Of a DNA stretch of 64,000 bases, positions 11,752 to 27,069 are shown in pieces. The stretch lies in the NCBI RefSeq assembly GCF_006345805.1, contig NW_021833729.1:11118-75117 (forward strand), given 5' to 3'. The stretch comes from Octopus sinensis (taxonomy: Eukaryota). Under the pieces are notes generated by a model. That model was not told the origin of the DNA, searched no databases, and was given only the letters and a program-made list of their open reading frames with translations. Made by a program: the position numbers and the translations under genes. Each line of letters starts with the position of its first letter. The stretch's first letter is position 1.

Positions 11752-14700
11752 AAATCACCACAGCCACCACCGCCACCGCCAACAACGCCACCGCCACCAC
11801 CATATCCCTCACCACCACCATAGCCACCGCCATCACCTCCGCCACCACCATTATAGCCACCGACCACACCTCCACAACCACCATAGCCACATTCACCACC
11901 GCCACCCTCACCACAGCCATTACCGCCACCGCCGACAACGCCACCGCCCCAACCACATCCACCACATCCACCACCACCACCATAGCCACCGCCATCACCT
12001 CCGCCACCACCATTATAGCCACCGACCACACCTCCACAACAACCATAGCCACATTAACAACCGCCACCCTCACCACAGCCATTACCGCCACCGCCGACAA
12101 AGCCACCGCCCCAACCACATCCACCACATCCACCACATCCACCACCACCACAATAGCCACCGTCAACACCGCCACCATCACCACAGCAACCACGGCCACC
12201 GCCAACAACGCCACCGCGACCACCACATCCACCACCACCACCAGAGCCAACACCCCACCTCCACCACCACCATAGCCACCGTCACCACCGCCACCATCAC
12301 CGCAGCCACCACCGCCACCGCCAACAACGCCACTACCACATCCACCACCACAACAATAACCACCGCCCCAACCTCCACCACCATCTTGGCCACCGTCACC
12401 ACCGCCACTATCACCACAGCCACCACCGCCACCGCCAACAACGCCACCGCCATCGACACCTCCACCACCACAACCATAGCCAACGCCCCCACCACCACAA
12501 CCACCACAGCCACCACCGCCACCGCCAGCACCACGTCAACTTCACTACCATAGCCACCGCCCCCAACTCCACCATCACCACAGCCTCCACCGCCACCGCC
12601 AAAAACCCCACCGCCACCACCACATCTCTCAACACCACCATAGCCACCGCCAACACCTCCACAAACCACAACTATAGCCACCGACCCTCCTCCCCCACCA
12701 CCATAGCCACATTCACCACTGCCACCCTCACCACAGCCATTACCGCCACCGCCGACAACGCCACCGCCCCAACCATATCCACCACATCCACCACCACCAC
12801 CACCACAGCCGTCTCCCCCACCTCCACCACCACCATAGCCACCGTCACCACCACCACCATCACAACAGCCACCACAGCCACCGCCAACAACGCCAACGCC
12901 CCCACCTCCACCAACACCATAGCCAACGTCACCAACGCCACCATCACCGCAGCCACCACCGCCACCGCCAACAACAATAACCACCGCCCAACCTCCACCA
13001 CCATCTTGGCCACCGTCACCACCGCCACTATCACCACCGCCACCGTCAACAACGCCACCGCCATCGACACATCCACCACCACCATATTCACCGTCACCAC
13101 CGCCACCATCACCGCAGCCACCACACCCACCGCCAACAACGCCACCCTCACCACCACATTCACCACCACCACCACCATAGCCACCGCCCCCTACTTCACC
13201 ACCACCATAGCCATCGCCCCCACCTCCACCGCCACCATTGGCACCGTCATCCCCGACACCGTCACGACATCGCCACCTCCACCGCCAACAACGCCACCGC
13301 CACCACCACCTCCACCACAACCACCATAGCCACCACCCCCACCTCCACCACCACCATAGCCACCGTCACCACCACCACCATCACCACAGCCACCACCGCC
13401 ACCGCCAACAACGCCTCCGCCACCACCACATCCACCACCACCACCATAGCCACCGCCCCCACCTCCACCACCACCAGAGCCACCATCACCATTGGTGGTG
13501 GCGGTGGTGGCTGTGGTGATGGTGGCGGTGGTAACGGTGGCTATGTTGAAGGTGGCGGTGGTGGCGCCAACAACGCCACCGCCACTACCACATACACCAC
13601 CAACACCATAGCCAGCGCACCCACCTCCACCACCACCATAGCCACCGCCACCAACACCACAGCCACCACCGCCACCGCCAACAACGCCACCGCCACAACC
13701 ACATCCACCACTATCACCATAGCCACGGCCCCCACCTCCACCACTACAATAGCCACCGTCACCACCGCCACCATCATCACAGCCACAACCGCCACCGCCA
13801 ACAACGCCACCGCCACCACCACCGCCACCACCACCACCATAGCCACCAACCCCACCCACCACCATAGCAACCGCCCCCACCTCCACCACCACCACAGCCA
13901 CCACCGCCACCGCCAACAACGCCACCGCCGCCACCACATCCACCAACACCACCATAGTCACCGCCCCCACCTCCACCACCACCATAGCCACCGCCCCCAC
14001 CTCCACCATCACCACAGCCACCACCGCCACCACCAACAACGCCACCGCCACCACCACATGCACCACCACCAACAACGCCACCGCCACCCCCACATCCACC
14101 ACCACCACCATAGCCACCGCCCCCACCTCCACCACCACCATAGCCACCGTCACCACCGCCACCATCATCACAGCCACCACCGCCACCGCCAACAACGCCA
14201 CCGCCACCACCTCATCTACCACCACCACCACCATAGCCACCGCCCCCACTTCCAACACCACCATAGCCACCGTCACCACCACCACCATCACCACCGCCAC
14301 CACCGCCAACGCCAACAACGCGACCGCCCCCACCTCATCTACCACCACCACCATAGCCACCGCCCCCACCTCCACCACCACCATAGCCACCATCACCACC
14401 GCAATCATCACCACAGCCTCCACCGCCACCGCCAACAACGCCACCGCCACGACCACATCCACCACCACCATAGCCACCGCCCCCACCTCCACCACCACCA
14501 TAGCCACCGCCCCCACCTCCACCACCACCATAGCCACCATCACCACCGCAATCATCACCACAGCCTCCACCGCCACCGCCAACAACGCCACCGCCTCGAC
14601 CACATCCACCACCACCACCATAGCTACCGCCCTCAACTCCACCACCACCACCACATCCACCACCACCACATCCACCACCACCACATCCACCACCACCACC

Positions 14701-17700
14701 ATAGCTACCGCCCTCAACTCCACCACCACCATAGCCAACGTCACCACCGCCACCATCATCACAGCCACCACCGCCACCGCCAACAACGCGACCGCCCCCA
14801 CCACATCTACCACCACCACCATAGCCACCGCCCCCACCTCCACCACTACAATAGCCACCGTCACCACCGCCATCATCACCACAGCCACCACCGCCACCGC
14901 CAACAACACCACCCTTCACCATCACCACCCCACCACCACCACCACCACCACCGCCACCCGCCACAACGCCACCGCCACGACCACATCCACCACCACCATA
15001 GCCACCGCCCCCACCTCCACCACCACCACCATAGCCACCGTCACCACCGCCACCATCACCACAGCTACCTACCACCCGCCACCGCCAAAAACGCCACCGC
15101 CGCCACCATTTCCTCCAACACCACCATAGCCACCGCAACCACCTCCACCACCACCATATCCACCGCTCCTCCAACTCCACCACCACCATAGCCACCGCCC
15201 CCACCTCCACCAGCATCATAGACACAGTCACCACCGCCACCATCACCACAGCCACCACCGCCACCGCCAACAACACCACCTTCACCATCACCACAGCCAC
15301 CACCGCCACCGCCAACAACGCCCCCGCCACCACCACATCCACCACCACCACCATAGCTACCGCCCTCACCTCCACCACCACCATAGCCAACGTCCACCCG
15401 CCACCATCATCACAGCCACCACACCACCACCGCCACAACGCGACCGCCCCACCACATCTACCACCACCACCATAGCCACCGCCCCCACCTCCACCACCAC
15501 CACCATAGCCACCGCCCCCACCTCCACCACTACAATAGCCACCGTCACCACCGCCATCATCACCACAGCCACCACCGCCACCGCCAACAACGCCACCGCC
15601 ACCACCACATCCACCACCACCACCAGAGCAACCGGCCCCGCCCCACCACCACCATAGCCACCGTCACCACAGCCACCATCACCACAGCCACCACCGCCAC
15701 CGCCAACAACGCCACCGCCACCGCCAACAACACCACCATAGCTACCGCCCTCACCTCCACCACCACCATAGCCAACGTCACCACCGCCACCATCATCACA
15801 GCCACCACCGCCACCGCCAACAACGCGACCGCACCCACCACATCTACCACCACCACCATAGCCACCGCCCCCACCTCCACCAGCACCATAGCCACCGTCA
15901 CCACCGCCACCATCACCACAGCTACCACCGCCACCGCCAAAAACGCCACCTCCGCCACCATTTCCTCCAACACCACCATAGCCACCGCAACCACCTCCAC
16001 CACCACCATATCCACCGCCCCAACCTCCACCACCACCATAGCCCCGCCCCCACCTCCACCAGCATCATAGACACAGTCACCACCGCCACCATCACCACAC
16101 ACCAGCCACCACCGCCCACCGCCAACACACCACCTTCACACCCATCACCACAGCCACCACCGCCACCGCCACCGCCAACAACCGCCACCGCCACCACCAC
16201 ATCCACCACCACCACCATAGCTACCGCCTCACCTCCACCACCTTCCCATCACACCACAGCCACACCACCGCCACCCCCGCCAACAACGCGACCGCCCCCA
16301 CCACTCTACCACCACCAACCATAGCCACCCACCACCGCCCACACCTCCCACTACAATAGCCACCGTCCCACCGTGCATCATCACCACAGCCACCACCGCC
16401 ACCGCCCACAACACCACCTTCACCATCACCACAGCCACCACCGCCACCGCCAACAACGCCACACCCCACCACCACATCCACCACCACCACCATAGCTACC
16501 GCCCTCCCCCTCCACCACCACCAAAGAGCCACGTCACCACCGCCACCGGCCACATCCCCCGCACCCCGCCACCCTACTCCAGCCACCACCGCCACCGCCA
16601 ACAAACGCGACACCGCCCCCACCACATCTACCACCACCACCATAGCCACCGCCCCCACCTCCACCACTACAATAGCCACCGTCACCACCGCCATCATCAC
16701 CACTCCACCACCCCACCGCAACCACCTCCAACACCACCATATCCACCGCCCCAACCTCCACCACCACCATAGCCGCCGCCCCACCCACCCTCCACCAGCA
16801 TCATAGACACAGTCACCCACCGCCACCATCACCACAGCCACCACCGCCACCGCCACAACGCCCCCCCGCCACCACCACATCCACCACCACCACCATAGCT
16901 ACCGCCCTCACCTCCACCACCACCACCACATCCACCACCCACCACATCCACCACCACCACCATAGCTACCGCCCTCAACACCACCACCACCATAGCCACG
17001 TCACCACCACCGCCACCATCATCACACCATCCACCACCGCCACACGCCAACAACGCGACCGCCCCCCACCCCATCTACCACCAACCACCATAGCCACCGC
17101 CCCCCACCTCCACCACTACAATAGCCACCGTCACCACCGCCATCATCACCACAGCCACCACCGCCACCGCCAACAACGCCACCGCCACGACCACATCCAC
17201 CACCACCACCATAGCCACCGCCCCCACCTCCACCAGCACCATAGCCACCGTCACCACCGCCACCATCACCACAGCTACCACCGCCACCGCCAAAAACGCC
17301 ACCTCCGCCACCATTTCCTCCAACACCACCATAGCCACCGCAACCACCTCCACCACCACCATATCCACCGCCCCAACCTCCACCACCATCATAGCCACCG
17401 CCCCCACCTCCACCAGCATCATAGACACAGTCACCACCGCCACCATCACCACAGCCACCACCGCCACCGCCAACAACACCACCTTCACCATCAAACCACG
17501 CCACCACCGCCACACCGCCACAACGCCACCGCCCCCACCACATCTACCACCACCACCATAGCCACCGCCCCCACCTCCACCACTACAATAGCCACCGTCA
17601 CCACAGCCACCATCACCACAGCCACCACCGCCACCGCCAACAACGCCACCGCCCCCACCACATCCACCACCACCACCATAGCCACCGCCCCCACCTCCAC

Positions 17701-19258
17701 CACCACAATAGCCACCGTCACCACCGCCATCATCACCACAGCCACCACCGCCACCGCCAACAACGCCACCGCCGCCACCACATCCACCAACACCACCATA
17801 GCCACCGCCCCCACCTCCACCACCACCATAGCCACCGTCACCACTGCCACCATCACCACAGCCACCACCGCCACCGCCAACAACGCGACCGCCCCCGCCA
17901 CATCTACCACCACACCATAGCCACCACCCCCGCCTCCACCACCACAATAGCCACCGTCACCACCGCCAAGCCATCACCGCCACCCAACGCCCCATCAACC
18001 ACCCAACCACCGCCAACCACACCAAAATCACTCCACACCACCACAGCCACCACCGCCCCCGCCACACGCCACCGCCACCACCACATCCACCACCATACCT
18101 ATCACCGGCCCCACCCCCAACACCACATAGCCACCGTCACCACCGCCATCGCCCAACAACGCCACCGCTACCACCACATCCACCACCCACCACCATATCA
18201 CCGGCCCCACCTCCCACCACCACCACACCCCCGTCACCACCGCCATCATCACCACAGCCACCACCCGCAACCGCCAACAACGCCACCCAGCCACCACACA
18301 TCCACCACCACCACCATAGCCACCACCTCCACCCCCACCACACCATAGCCACCCTCAACCCGCCACCATCACCACAAGCCACCACCGCCACCTCCAACAA
18401 CGCCACCGCCACCACCACCCACCACCACCACCATAGCCACCACCTCCCCCCCACCACCACCATATCCACCGTCACCACCGCCATCATCACCACAGCCACC
18501 ATCGCCGCCGCCAACAACGCCACCGCCACCACCACATCCACCACCACCACCACCATAGCCACCCCCTCCACCCCACCACCACCATAGCCACCGTCACCAC
18601 CCCACCACCACCACAGCCCCACCGCCACCCAGCCAACACCTCCACAGCCACACCCACCACCCACCACCATCCACCACCACCATTGCCACCGTTCCCACCT
18701 CCACCATCACCACATCCACCACCTCCCGACCACCATAGCCACCAGCCACCCCTCCACCCCCACCACCACCACCTATCCACGTCACCACCACCACCGCCAC
18801 CACCACCACACCACTACCGCCACCGCCACAACTCCACCGCAACTATACCACATCCACCACCACCACCATAGCCACCACCTTCACCTCCACCGTCACCACC
18901 GCCACCATCTCCACAGCCACCACCTCCACCGCCAACAACACCACCGCCGCCACCACATCCACCACCACCATAGCCACCGTCACCACCCCCACCATCTCTA
19001 CAGCCACCACCGCCACCGCCAACAACGCCTCCGCCACCACCACATCCACCACCACCATCATATCCACCGTCACCACCCCCACCTTCACCATAGCCACCGT
19101 TACCACCGCCACCACCACCACAGCCACCACCGCCACCGCCAACAACGCCACCGCCACCACCACATCCACCACCACCATTGCCACCGTTCCCACCTCCACC
19201 ATCACCACTGCTTTAATTACCGCACCCACCACCGCCACCGCCCCAACCGTCACCCCCC
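11752..19258. repeat. 7.5-kb (CAC/CGC)n-derived complex minisatellite; inverted islet at ~13492-13565
   Basis: Recurrent modules catagccaccgcccccacctcc, gtcaccaccgccaccatcaccacagcc and gccaacaacgcc; noisy indel-rich middle. Confidence 0.92.
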
Positions 19259-20055
19259 TCCGCTTCTCTTTATGAAGGAGGGAAGAAGGGGAGGAGCCAG
19301 ACAGGTGCAGGTTTGAGCAATGGTCGCCAACTCCGCCTTCCCCCCCCGTTGATTTGGAAGAATCCAGACGACAGCCTCGCTCTGAAAGACTCGTACGGAC
19401 AACACTGCCACCACCACCACCGCCGTCTACTTCTTCATTTCTCTCTCTCTTTCTCTCTCTCTCTATTTATCCATCCATCTCCCTCTCTTTCTCTTTCTCT
19501 CCCTAGATTCCATTTTGCCCCAAGATGCCGTCCATATTGGCCAACGACATGTTTCCATAAACCGAGAGTAATCAAGAAACATCAAAACATTTACACAGAT
19601 ATCAGCTCCGAGTTCACTTTCTGACGGAGACAGATACAGAACAGATCACATAACAATCCCCAACAACATCACACCCCAACTTTCTCTCTCTATCACTCTT
19701 TCTCTCTCTCTATCACTCTTTTCTCATCTCCCTCTCTTTCTGTCTCTCTCTCTCTCTTTCACTCATATATATCATAGGCGAGCTGGCAGAACCGTTAGCA
19801 CGCCGGGCGAAATGCATTGCGGTATTTCGTCTGCCGTTACGTTCTGGGTTCGAATTCCGCCGAGTTCGACTTTGCCTTTCATCCTTTCGGGGGCGATAAA
19901 TTAAGTACCAGTTACACGCTGGGGTCGATGTAATCGACTTAATCCGTTTGTCTGTTCTTGTTTGTCCCCTCTGTGTAGATAATAAAGAAATAGGTATTTC
20001 GTCTTTCTGTTACGCAGGCTATAAAGAAATCTATATAATAATAATATATATAATA

Positions 20056-20088
<33 letters not shown>

Positions 20089-20151
20089 ATACATGTGTGT
20101 CTGTCTGTGTGTGTGTGTTGTTTGTGTGTGTGTGTGTGTGTGCGTGTATGT

Positions 20152-20198
<47 letters not shown>

Positions 20199-20271
20199 AT
20201 ATATATATGTATATATACATATATATATATACATACACACACATGTGTGTGTGTGTGTTTATGTATACGAG

Positions 20272-20530
20272 ATGGTGCTGAAATGTTGCTGGCTATGGTG
20301 GCGGTAGCGGTGCTGGTGGTTGTGGCGGTGGCGGTGGCGTTGTTGGCGGTGGCGTTGTTGGAGGTGGTAGTGGTGGTGGTGGCGGTGGTTGTGGCGGCGG
20401 CGGCGTTGTTGGCGGTGGCGTTGTTGGAGGTGGTGGTGGTGGTGGAGGTGGCTGTGGTGGCGGTGGCTGTGGTGGCGGTGGCTGTTGTTGTGGTGGTGGT
20501 GGTGGTGGTGGTGGCGGTGGTGGCGGTGGA
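20272..20530. repeat. Inverted (GGT-rich) relative of the CAC minisatellite
   Basis: ggtggcgttgttggcggtggc modules. Confidence 0.8.
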
Positions 20531-21105
20531 TCATTTATGAATATATTCAACATATTCCCCTCTCTGGCTGCATTGGTTGTCACATTTTACTGCTTTTCCT
20601 GCATGTCTATCCCTTTTTTGCATCAGGTACATCGTTGGTATTTCCTCTTCATCGATTGCAAACGCTTGCCCTTCAAAGTGGGAGGTGGTAATCCAGCTAT
20701 TGGTCGATGATAAACTGCTTTAATGACCGATGTTCCTATCACCACGGTGCTTCTTACTGATATATCCATGCATAGTATTCTGCTCATATAGGCTCATCCT
20801 TTCATCTGATATGTTGCGTTAGAGTCGTGTGACTTCTTTTGCCATGTATTATAGGTTATCAGACAAAGTGTGTTTCTCAAGGAGCTGCCTTCCATGACTT
20901 ATGATATTATCAGCCTCATGTATGCAAACTTGGTCAAGAGATGCACTTCTACACTTTCTGGTTAAAAGATGTTGCTGAAGGGATATGATGCGGCATTCAA
21001 ACGCATTTTGGATCGATGTTAAGACTCTGCCGCCTTGTTTTCGTTTTTGGTAGAGGCGGTCTACGTCACTATTTATGTTGAAATTGTATGTGCTTTTCAG
21101 ACCTT
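20530..21105 (-). mobile_element. RLE-type non-LTR retrotransposon fragment (RT thumb region)
   Basis: NSDVDRLYQKRKQGGR motif on the minus strand. Confidence 0.7.
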
Positions 21106-21279
21106 CTATTCAATGAATAGAAGGTCTGAAAACCACCTGATGAATGTCCTTAGAAGTGACAAGAAACAATTGTAGTGGATAACTTAATTTTATTTAATTT
21201 ATATAAATTTTTTTTATGTATGGATTAAGTCTTTCTTTGTTTTTGATTTGCATAATAGTGGTTTTGTCTCTAATTAATA

Positions 21280-21324
<45 letters not shown>

Positions 21325-21789
21325 ATATATATATGTATGTATATAATATATATATATATATATGTATGTATGTTTGTATGTCATATTTATATATATATAG
21401 ATGTATATACACATATATATATATATATATATGTAATGTATGTATATATATATATATATATAGTATATATATCTATATGTATGTATGTATATATATATAA
21501 TTATATATTATGTATATATATATATATATATGTTTATATATATTTATGCCTGTAATGTTATCTCTCCTCCTCCTCTTTCTCTCTCTCTCTCCCTATATAT
21601 ATATGGTATAAATAAAATAATACAATATATAAATATATTATCATATAGATGGACCATTAGCAATTAAAACTTAAAGGCAAATTAATAAACAAGGGTACAA
21701 AATAGTACCAGATTGTGCTTTTTTGGCTTTTTGAGTCATTTTTTAAACTCTTATTTCTAGTAATGTTGGTACTATTTTGTACTTTTGTT

Positions 21790-21881
<92 letters not shown>

Positions 21882-22089
21882 AAATTTGTGTTGAGAAGAC
21901 CTGTTGAGTCAAGTGAAATTGTATTCATGGCCGATGCCAGTGCCACCTGATTGGTACCCATATGCCAGTAGTACATAAAAGGCACCATTCATGCATGGCT
22001 GATGCCAGTGCTGCCTGACTGGCCCCAAGCTGGTGGCATGTAAAAAAGCACCATCCGAACGTGGTCGATGCCAGCACTGTCTTGACTGG

Positions 22090-22955
22090 CACCTTCTGGA
22101 ATATTCCAGCGGTTCCAAGCAGTGCTGTTTTCTGCAAGTGCTCCACCCTTATTGCAGCCCCTATTTGTTCCATGTACTTCTCGAGATTTTTACTCACTGT
22201 TCCCAGGGCTCTGACAATTATTGGTACTACTACCACCTTTTTCATTGACCACAACTGCTTAACTTCACAAGCTAACCTGTCATATCTTTCGACTTTTCTT
22301 TCTTCCTTATTGCATATCTTGTTGTCAGCTGGGCATGCTATATCTATGATCCAGTGTAGTTTGTATTCTTTCTCAATTAAGACTATTTCTGGCTTCCTAT
22401 TCTCTATCTCATGGTCGCACTGAATCATAAAATCCCATAGGATCTTTGCATTTCTATTTTTGATAATGCTTTCAGGTTTGTGGTTGTACCAATTTTTTGC
22501 TCTGCCAAGTCCATACTTGTTGCAAAGTGTCCAATGGACCAGCCTGGCTGGTCGTGGCGTTTCTAATGTTCCTTCTTGGCTAGTGGTGTACATTGGCTGG
22601 TAATATGCCATACGGCTTCACCAGTTTGTCCACAAATTCTGCACTTATCACTTTTTGATGTGTTGTCTATGCTGTATTTTATGTAGTTTGTTCTTAGTGC
22701 CTGCTCTTGGGCAGCACAGATTAGGGCCTCCGTTTCCGGTTTTAAATCACTTTTAGTCATCCACAGCCATCTTTTTCTCTATCTGTCTTATCTTCAACAT
22801 CGCTATGAAATTGACCATGCATTCTTTTCATTACCCACCTATTTTCAGTTTCATTCGTCTTTAATTTCTTGTATAGTGCTTTATCTTTGCAATCTTCCAT
22901 CCTACACAAGCCTGACCTTCTTATAATAGCAGTTCTATGGCAGTTTTTACATATG
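22090..22955 (-). mobile_element. R4/Dong-like non-LTR retrotransposon 3' part with CCHC knuckle and restriction-like endonuclease
   Basis: AAQEQAL; CRIC...E...HI...C; ILWDFMIQCD...RKPEIV...IIDIACP...KVERY; LQKTALLGTA. Confidence 0.9.
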
Positions 22956-22984
22956 TAAAAAGAAAAAATTATTATTATTATTAT

Positions 22985-23058
22985 TCAGGCCATTGCCTGG
23001 AATCGAACTCGGAATCTTGGGGTTAGTAGCCTGCACTCTTAACCACTATGCCATATAC
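22985..23058 (-). mobile_element. tRNA-like SINE head (related copy at 59845-59925)
   Basis: TGGCATAGTGGTTAAG...GAGTTCGATTCC, imperfect acceptor stem, (AAT)n tail. Confidence 0.6.
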
Positions 23059-23403
23059 CCATATTTAACCGTAAATAATGTAAATGTAAATAATGTACAT
23101 AATTCCTCATCTCTTAAATATAGAACTGTATTGTTCTGATCTGTTGCAGTCTCCCTATTGCAGGTGCTCTTTCATGAATTGAAAATCCTAAAATGGATGC
23201 AACTACTGCAGATGGTCCAGTACACCTACCCATTAGATATTGACTAACTTCATTATCATTGTTTATTTGAATGGTAGCTTAGTCATTTCCTTTCAGTGTG
23301 TACTTTGTGATGTGCTCAACTGACCTCATTGAGGCAACGATTTCAATGTTGCAGTGGCATTTTACTACTTTTAAAAGTGTTTCATTATCACGTACAATCT
23401 ATT

Positions 23404-24750
23404 AGGCGGCGAGCTGGCAGAAGCATTAGCACGCCAGGCAAAATGCGTAGCTCTATTTCGTCTGCCGTTACGTTCTGAGTTCAAATTCCGCCGAGGTCGA
23501 CTTTGCCTTTCATCCTTTCGGGGTCGATAAATTAAGTACCAGTTACGCACTGGGGTCGATGTAATCGGCTTAATCCGTTTGTCTGTCCTTGTTTAACCCC
23601 TTGTGGGTAGTAAAGAAATAGGTATTTCGTCTGCCGTTACGTTCTGAGTTCAAATTCCGCCGAGGTCGACTTTGCCTTTCATCTTTTCGGGCTTGATAAA
23701 TTAAGTACCAGTTACGCACTGGGGTCGATGTAATCGGCTTAATCCATTTGTCTGTCCTTGTTTGTCCCTTCTGTGTTTAACCCCTTGTGGGTAGTAAAGA
23801 AATAGGTATTTCGTCTGCCGTTACGTTCTGAGTTCAAATTCTGCCAAGGTCGACTTTGCCTTTCATCCTTTCGGGCTTGATAAATTAAGTACCAGTTACG
23901 CACTGGGGTAGATGTAATCGGCTTAATCCGTTTGTCTGTACTTGTTTGTCCCCTCTGTGTTTAACCCCTTGTGGGTAGTAAAGAAATAGTATTTCGTCTG
24001 CCGTTACGTTCTGAGTTCAAATTCTGCCAAGGTCGACTTTGCCTTTCATCCTTTCGGGCTTGATAAATTAAGTACCAGTTACGCACTGGGGTAGATGTAA
24101 TCGGCTTAATCCGTTTGTCTGTCCTTGTTTGTCCCCTCTGTGTTTAACCCCTTGTGGGTAGTAAAGAAATAGGTATTTCGTCTGCCGTTACGTTCTGAGT
24201 TCAAATTCCGCCAAGGTCGACTTTGCCTTTCATCCTTTCGGGGTCGATAAATTAAGTACCAGTTACGCACTGGGGTAGATGTAATCGGCTTAATCCATTT
24301 GTCTGTCCTTGTTTGTCCCCTCTGTTTTTAACCCCTTGTGGGTAGTAAAGAAATAGGTATTTCGTCTGCCGTTACGTTCTGAGTTCGAATTCCGCCAAGG
24401 TCGACTTTGCCTTTCATCCTTTCGGGGTCGATAAATTAAGTACCAGTTACGCACTGGGGTCGATGTAATCGGCTTAATCCGTTTGTCTGTCCTTGTTTGT
24501 CCCCTCTGCGTTTAACCCCTTGTGGGTAGTAAAGAAATAGGTATTTCGTCTGCCGTTACGTTCTGAGTTCAAATTCCGCCAAGGTCGACTTTGCCTTTCA
24601 TCCTTTCGGGGTCGATAAATTAAGTACCAGTTACGCACTGGGGTCGATGTAATCGGCTTAATCCGTTTGTCTGTCCTTGTTTGTCCCCTTTGTGTTTAAC
24701 CCCTTGTGGGTAGTAAAGAAATAGGCATTTCGTCTGCCGTTACGTTCTTA
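23404..24750 (+). repeat. Tandem multimer (~7 x ~183 bp) of a tRNA-derived SINE with a Meta-like central domain
   Basis: One head (ggcggcgagctggcaga) followed by repeated tatttcgtctgccgttacg...gcctttcatcctttcggggtcgataaattaagtaccag...aaagaaatagg. Confidence 0.93.
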
Positions 24751-26292
24751 ATGCCTTCACACCCTCGCTTCCACTCTCATTCCCTCACTCTCACTCTCTC
24801 TCTCTCTCATTTATATTTATATATAAACATACATATGTGTGTGTGTATAAAGATACATATATATATATGTGTGTGTATATATTTGTATATATATCTTAAT
24901 ATATAAAACAAGGTTTGTGTATGTTCTTTATGGATTCAAAAACTGGATCTAGTTGTATGTCAAAGCAAACTCTTACACTGTTGTATCATTGAATTACAAA
25001 TAATGCTCATCTTTTATGCTCGGGTGACCCTACAGCTTCCAAGAGTACAACTGTATTCGTCTTTACTTAGATAAAATGACAAAATTGTGGGTGTTAAGTC
25101 CCCATGGAGGGGTCTTTCTAACTTGTAAGAAGATGAAATTTTATAAGTATTACTTCATTTGTGTCTAATATCTATGGTTAAAATTTCGTCAACTGCAAAA
25201 ATATATGAATTGTCATGGGGATTATGGCCCTTATGCATAGAATATAATTTCCAAATTTCGTAAAGATCCATTCAGTATTTTTGACCTACTTTTGGATCAT
25301 AAAGAAATGACTAAAATTTGGGAGTTAAGGCTCCCATTAGGGTGTCTTAGAATCCTCGTGTGAAGTGGAAACTTTGAGAATACTTCTTGATGTGTGTCAA
25401 TTACCCATGGTTGAAATTTCATCAACATTGAAAATTTAAGAAATTTCATGGGGGTACTGCTCCATTTAAACATGTTGCCGAGAAAAGGATGCATTAGAAA
25501 ACAGGACAGATGAGATTATAAATGAACGTGATGGTCACGGATTGAAGAGATCTAATGACAACTCAGATTCATCAGATCGAATCTGAGGTTAAACAACAAC
25601 AACAACAACAAAGATGTAAGGATACATTAAATTATGTATTCCTAGACACACTGTGCCTGATAAACAGTCGTGATAGTCACGAGTGGAAATGTTTTATTGA
25701 TAACTCAGCTTGATCAGGTCGAATCTGGGTCTAAACAACAACAATAAAAGGTAAAGATACATTAAATAATGCATTCCTGGATACACCATGCCTGATAAAC
25801 AGTCGTGAGGTCACGGGTGGAAAAGAGTTAATGATAATTCAGCTTGATAAGGTCGATTCTTGGGCTAAAAAACATCAATAAAATGTAAAAGACACATTAG
25901 ATAATATATTCCTAGATACACTATGACGGGTAAAATAAGGAAAAGGTGAAGAATATTGATGATGGATAATTAGGGTTTCTTGGTTGACCCTAGTTAACTG
26001 TCCCTTTGCAGGATTACCCTGCCTTTCATTCACTTTTTCTGTACTGCCGCTTTAAATTTTCCTTTCCTAGACGATAATTCTGCTGAGTTACTTCCCTGGG
26101 ATTTAATAAGAGTGGCCTCCCTTGTCATAGCTATTAAACACTTTTAAGACGTATTTTCGTACGTTTCACACACTCAGTATGTTTCTTAAGTTTCTTCGCA
26201 TTAATCAATTTTTTTTTTCATTCCATATCTTTTGTCTGTCTCAGTCATTAGACTGCAGCATGCTGGAACACTTCAGTAAAGGGATTCGTAGA

Positions 26293-26332
<40 letters not shown>

Positions 26333-26338
26333 ATATAT

Positions 26339-26385
<47 letters not shown>

Positions 26386-26396
26386 TCGATAGATAT

Positions 26397-26450
<54 letters not shown>

Positions 26451-26699
26451 TGATAGATAGATAGATAGATAGATAGACATACAATTATATAAAATAGAGT
26501 CAACAAGAATGAGATGTTAGACAAGTATTTACAAACGCTACACACCCGATGGATGCCTAAACTAGACTTGGAAGCATAACGTAACATTACGGGTATCTGG
26601 TAATTGTGAGGACGAACGAGCTCTATTTTGTACTCTTCTTCGTTCCTATTGAAATACAATTAAAATATAGATACGTATATATATATATATTATATATAT

Positions 26700-26759
<60 letters not shown>

Positions 26760-27069
26760 ATATATATATATATATAACGGAAGCTTTATGAAAAATAACA
26801 AAAGACGAAGGCAGGTGGAGTACAAAGAATTGTATTAGTATGGCGCTCAGGAATATAAATAAAACATATCTATATTTAAATTGTGTCTCAGTAGGAACGT
26901 AGAAGAGTACAAAACAGAGCTCGTTCGTCCTCACAATTATATACTGGAGGTGCAATGTGGTTAGGGCAGTGGACTCGTGGTTGTAGGATCGATGTCGTAG
27001 GATCACGGATCCGATTTCGAAACCGGTTCAACTGGTACCGTCGTCGTCGTAAATGACATACTGACACGA

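Noticed and set aside
11670-15191. Thr/Ala-rich (mucin-like) and poly-His ORFs on the plus strand
   Set aside because: Alternative frames of the CAC minisatellite; no signal peptide or splice support.
22985-23058. Possible tRNA gene
   Set aside because: Acceptor stem does not close, there is a microsatellite tail and a second diverged copy; better explained as a SINE head.
23404-24750. Regular repeat array superficially like CRISPR
   Set aside because: No unique spacers, eukaryotic context, and the units are SINE bodies.
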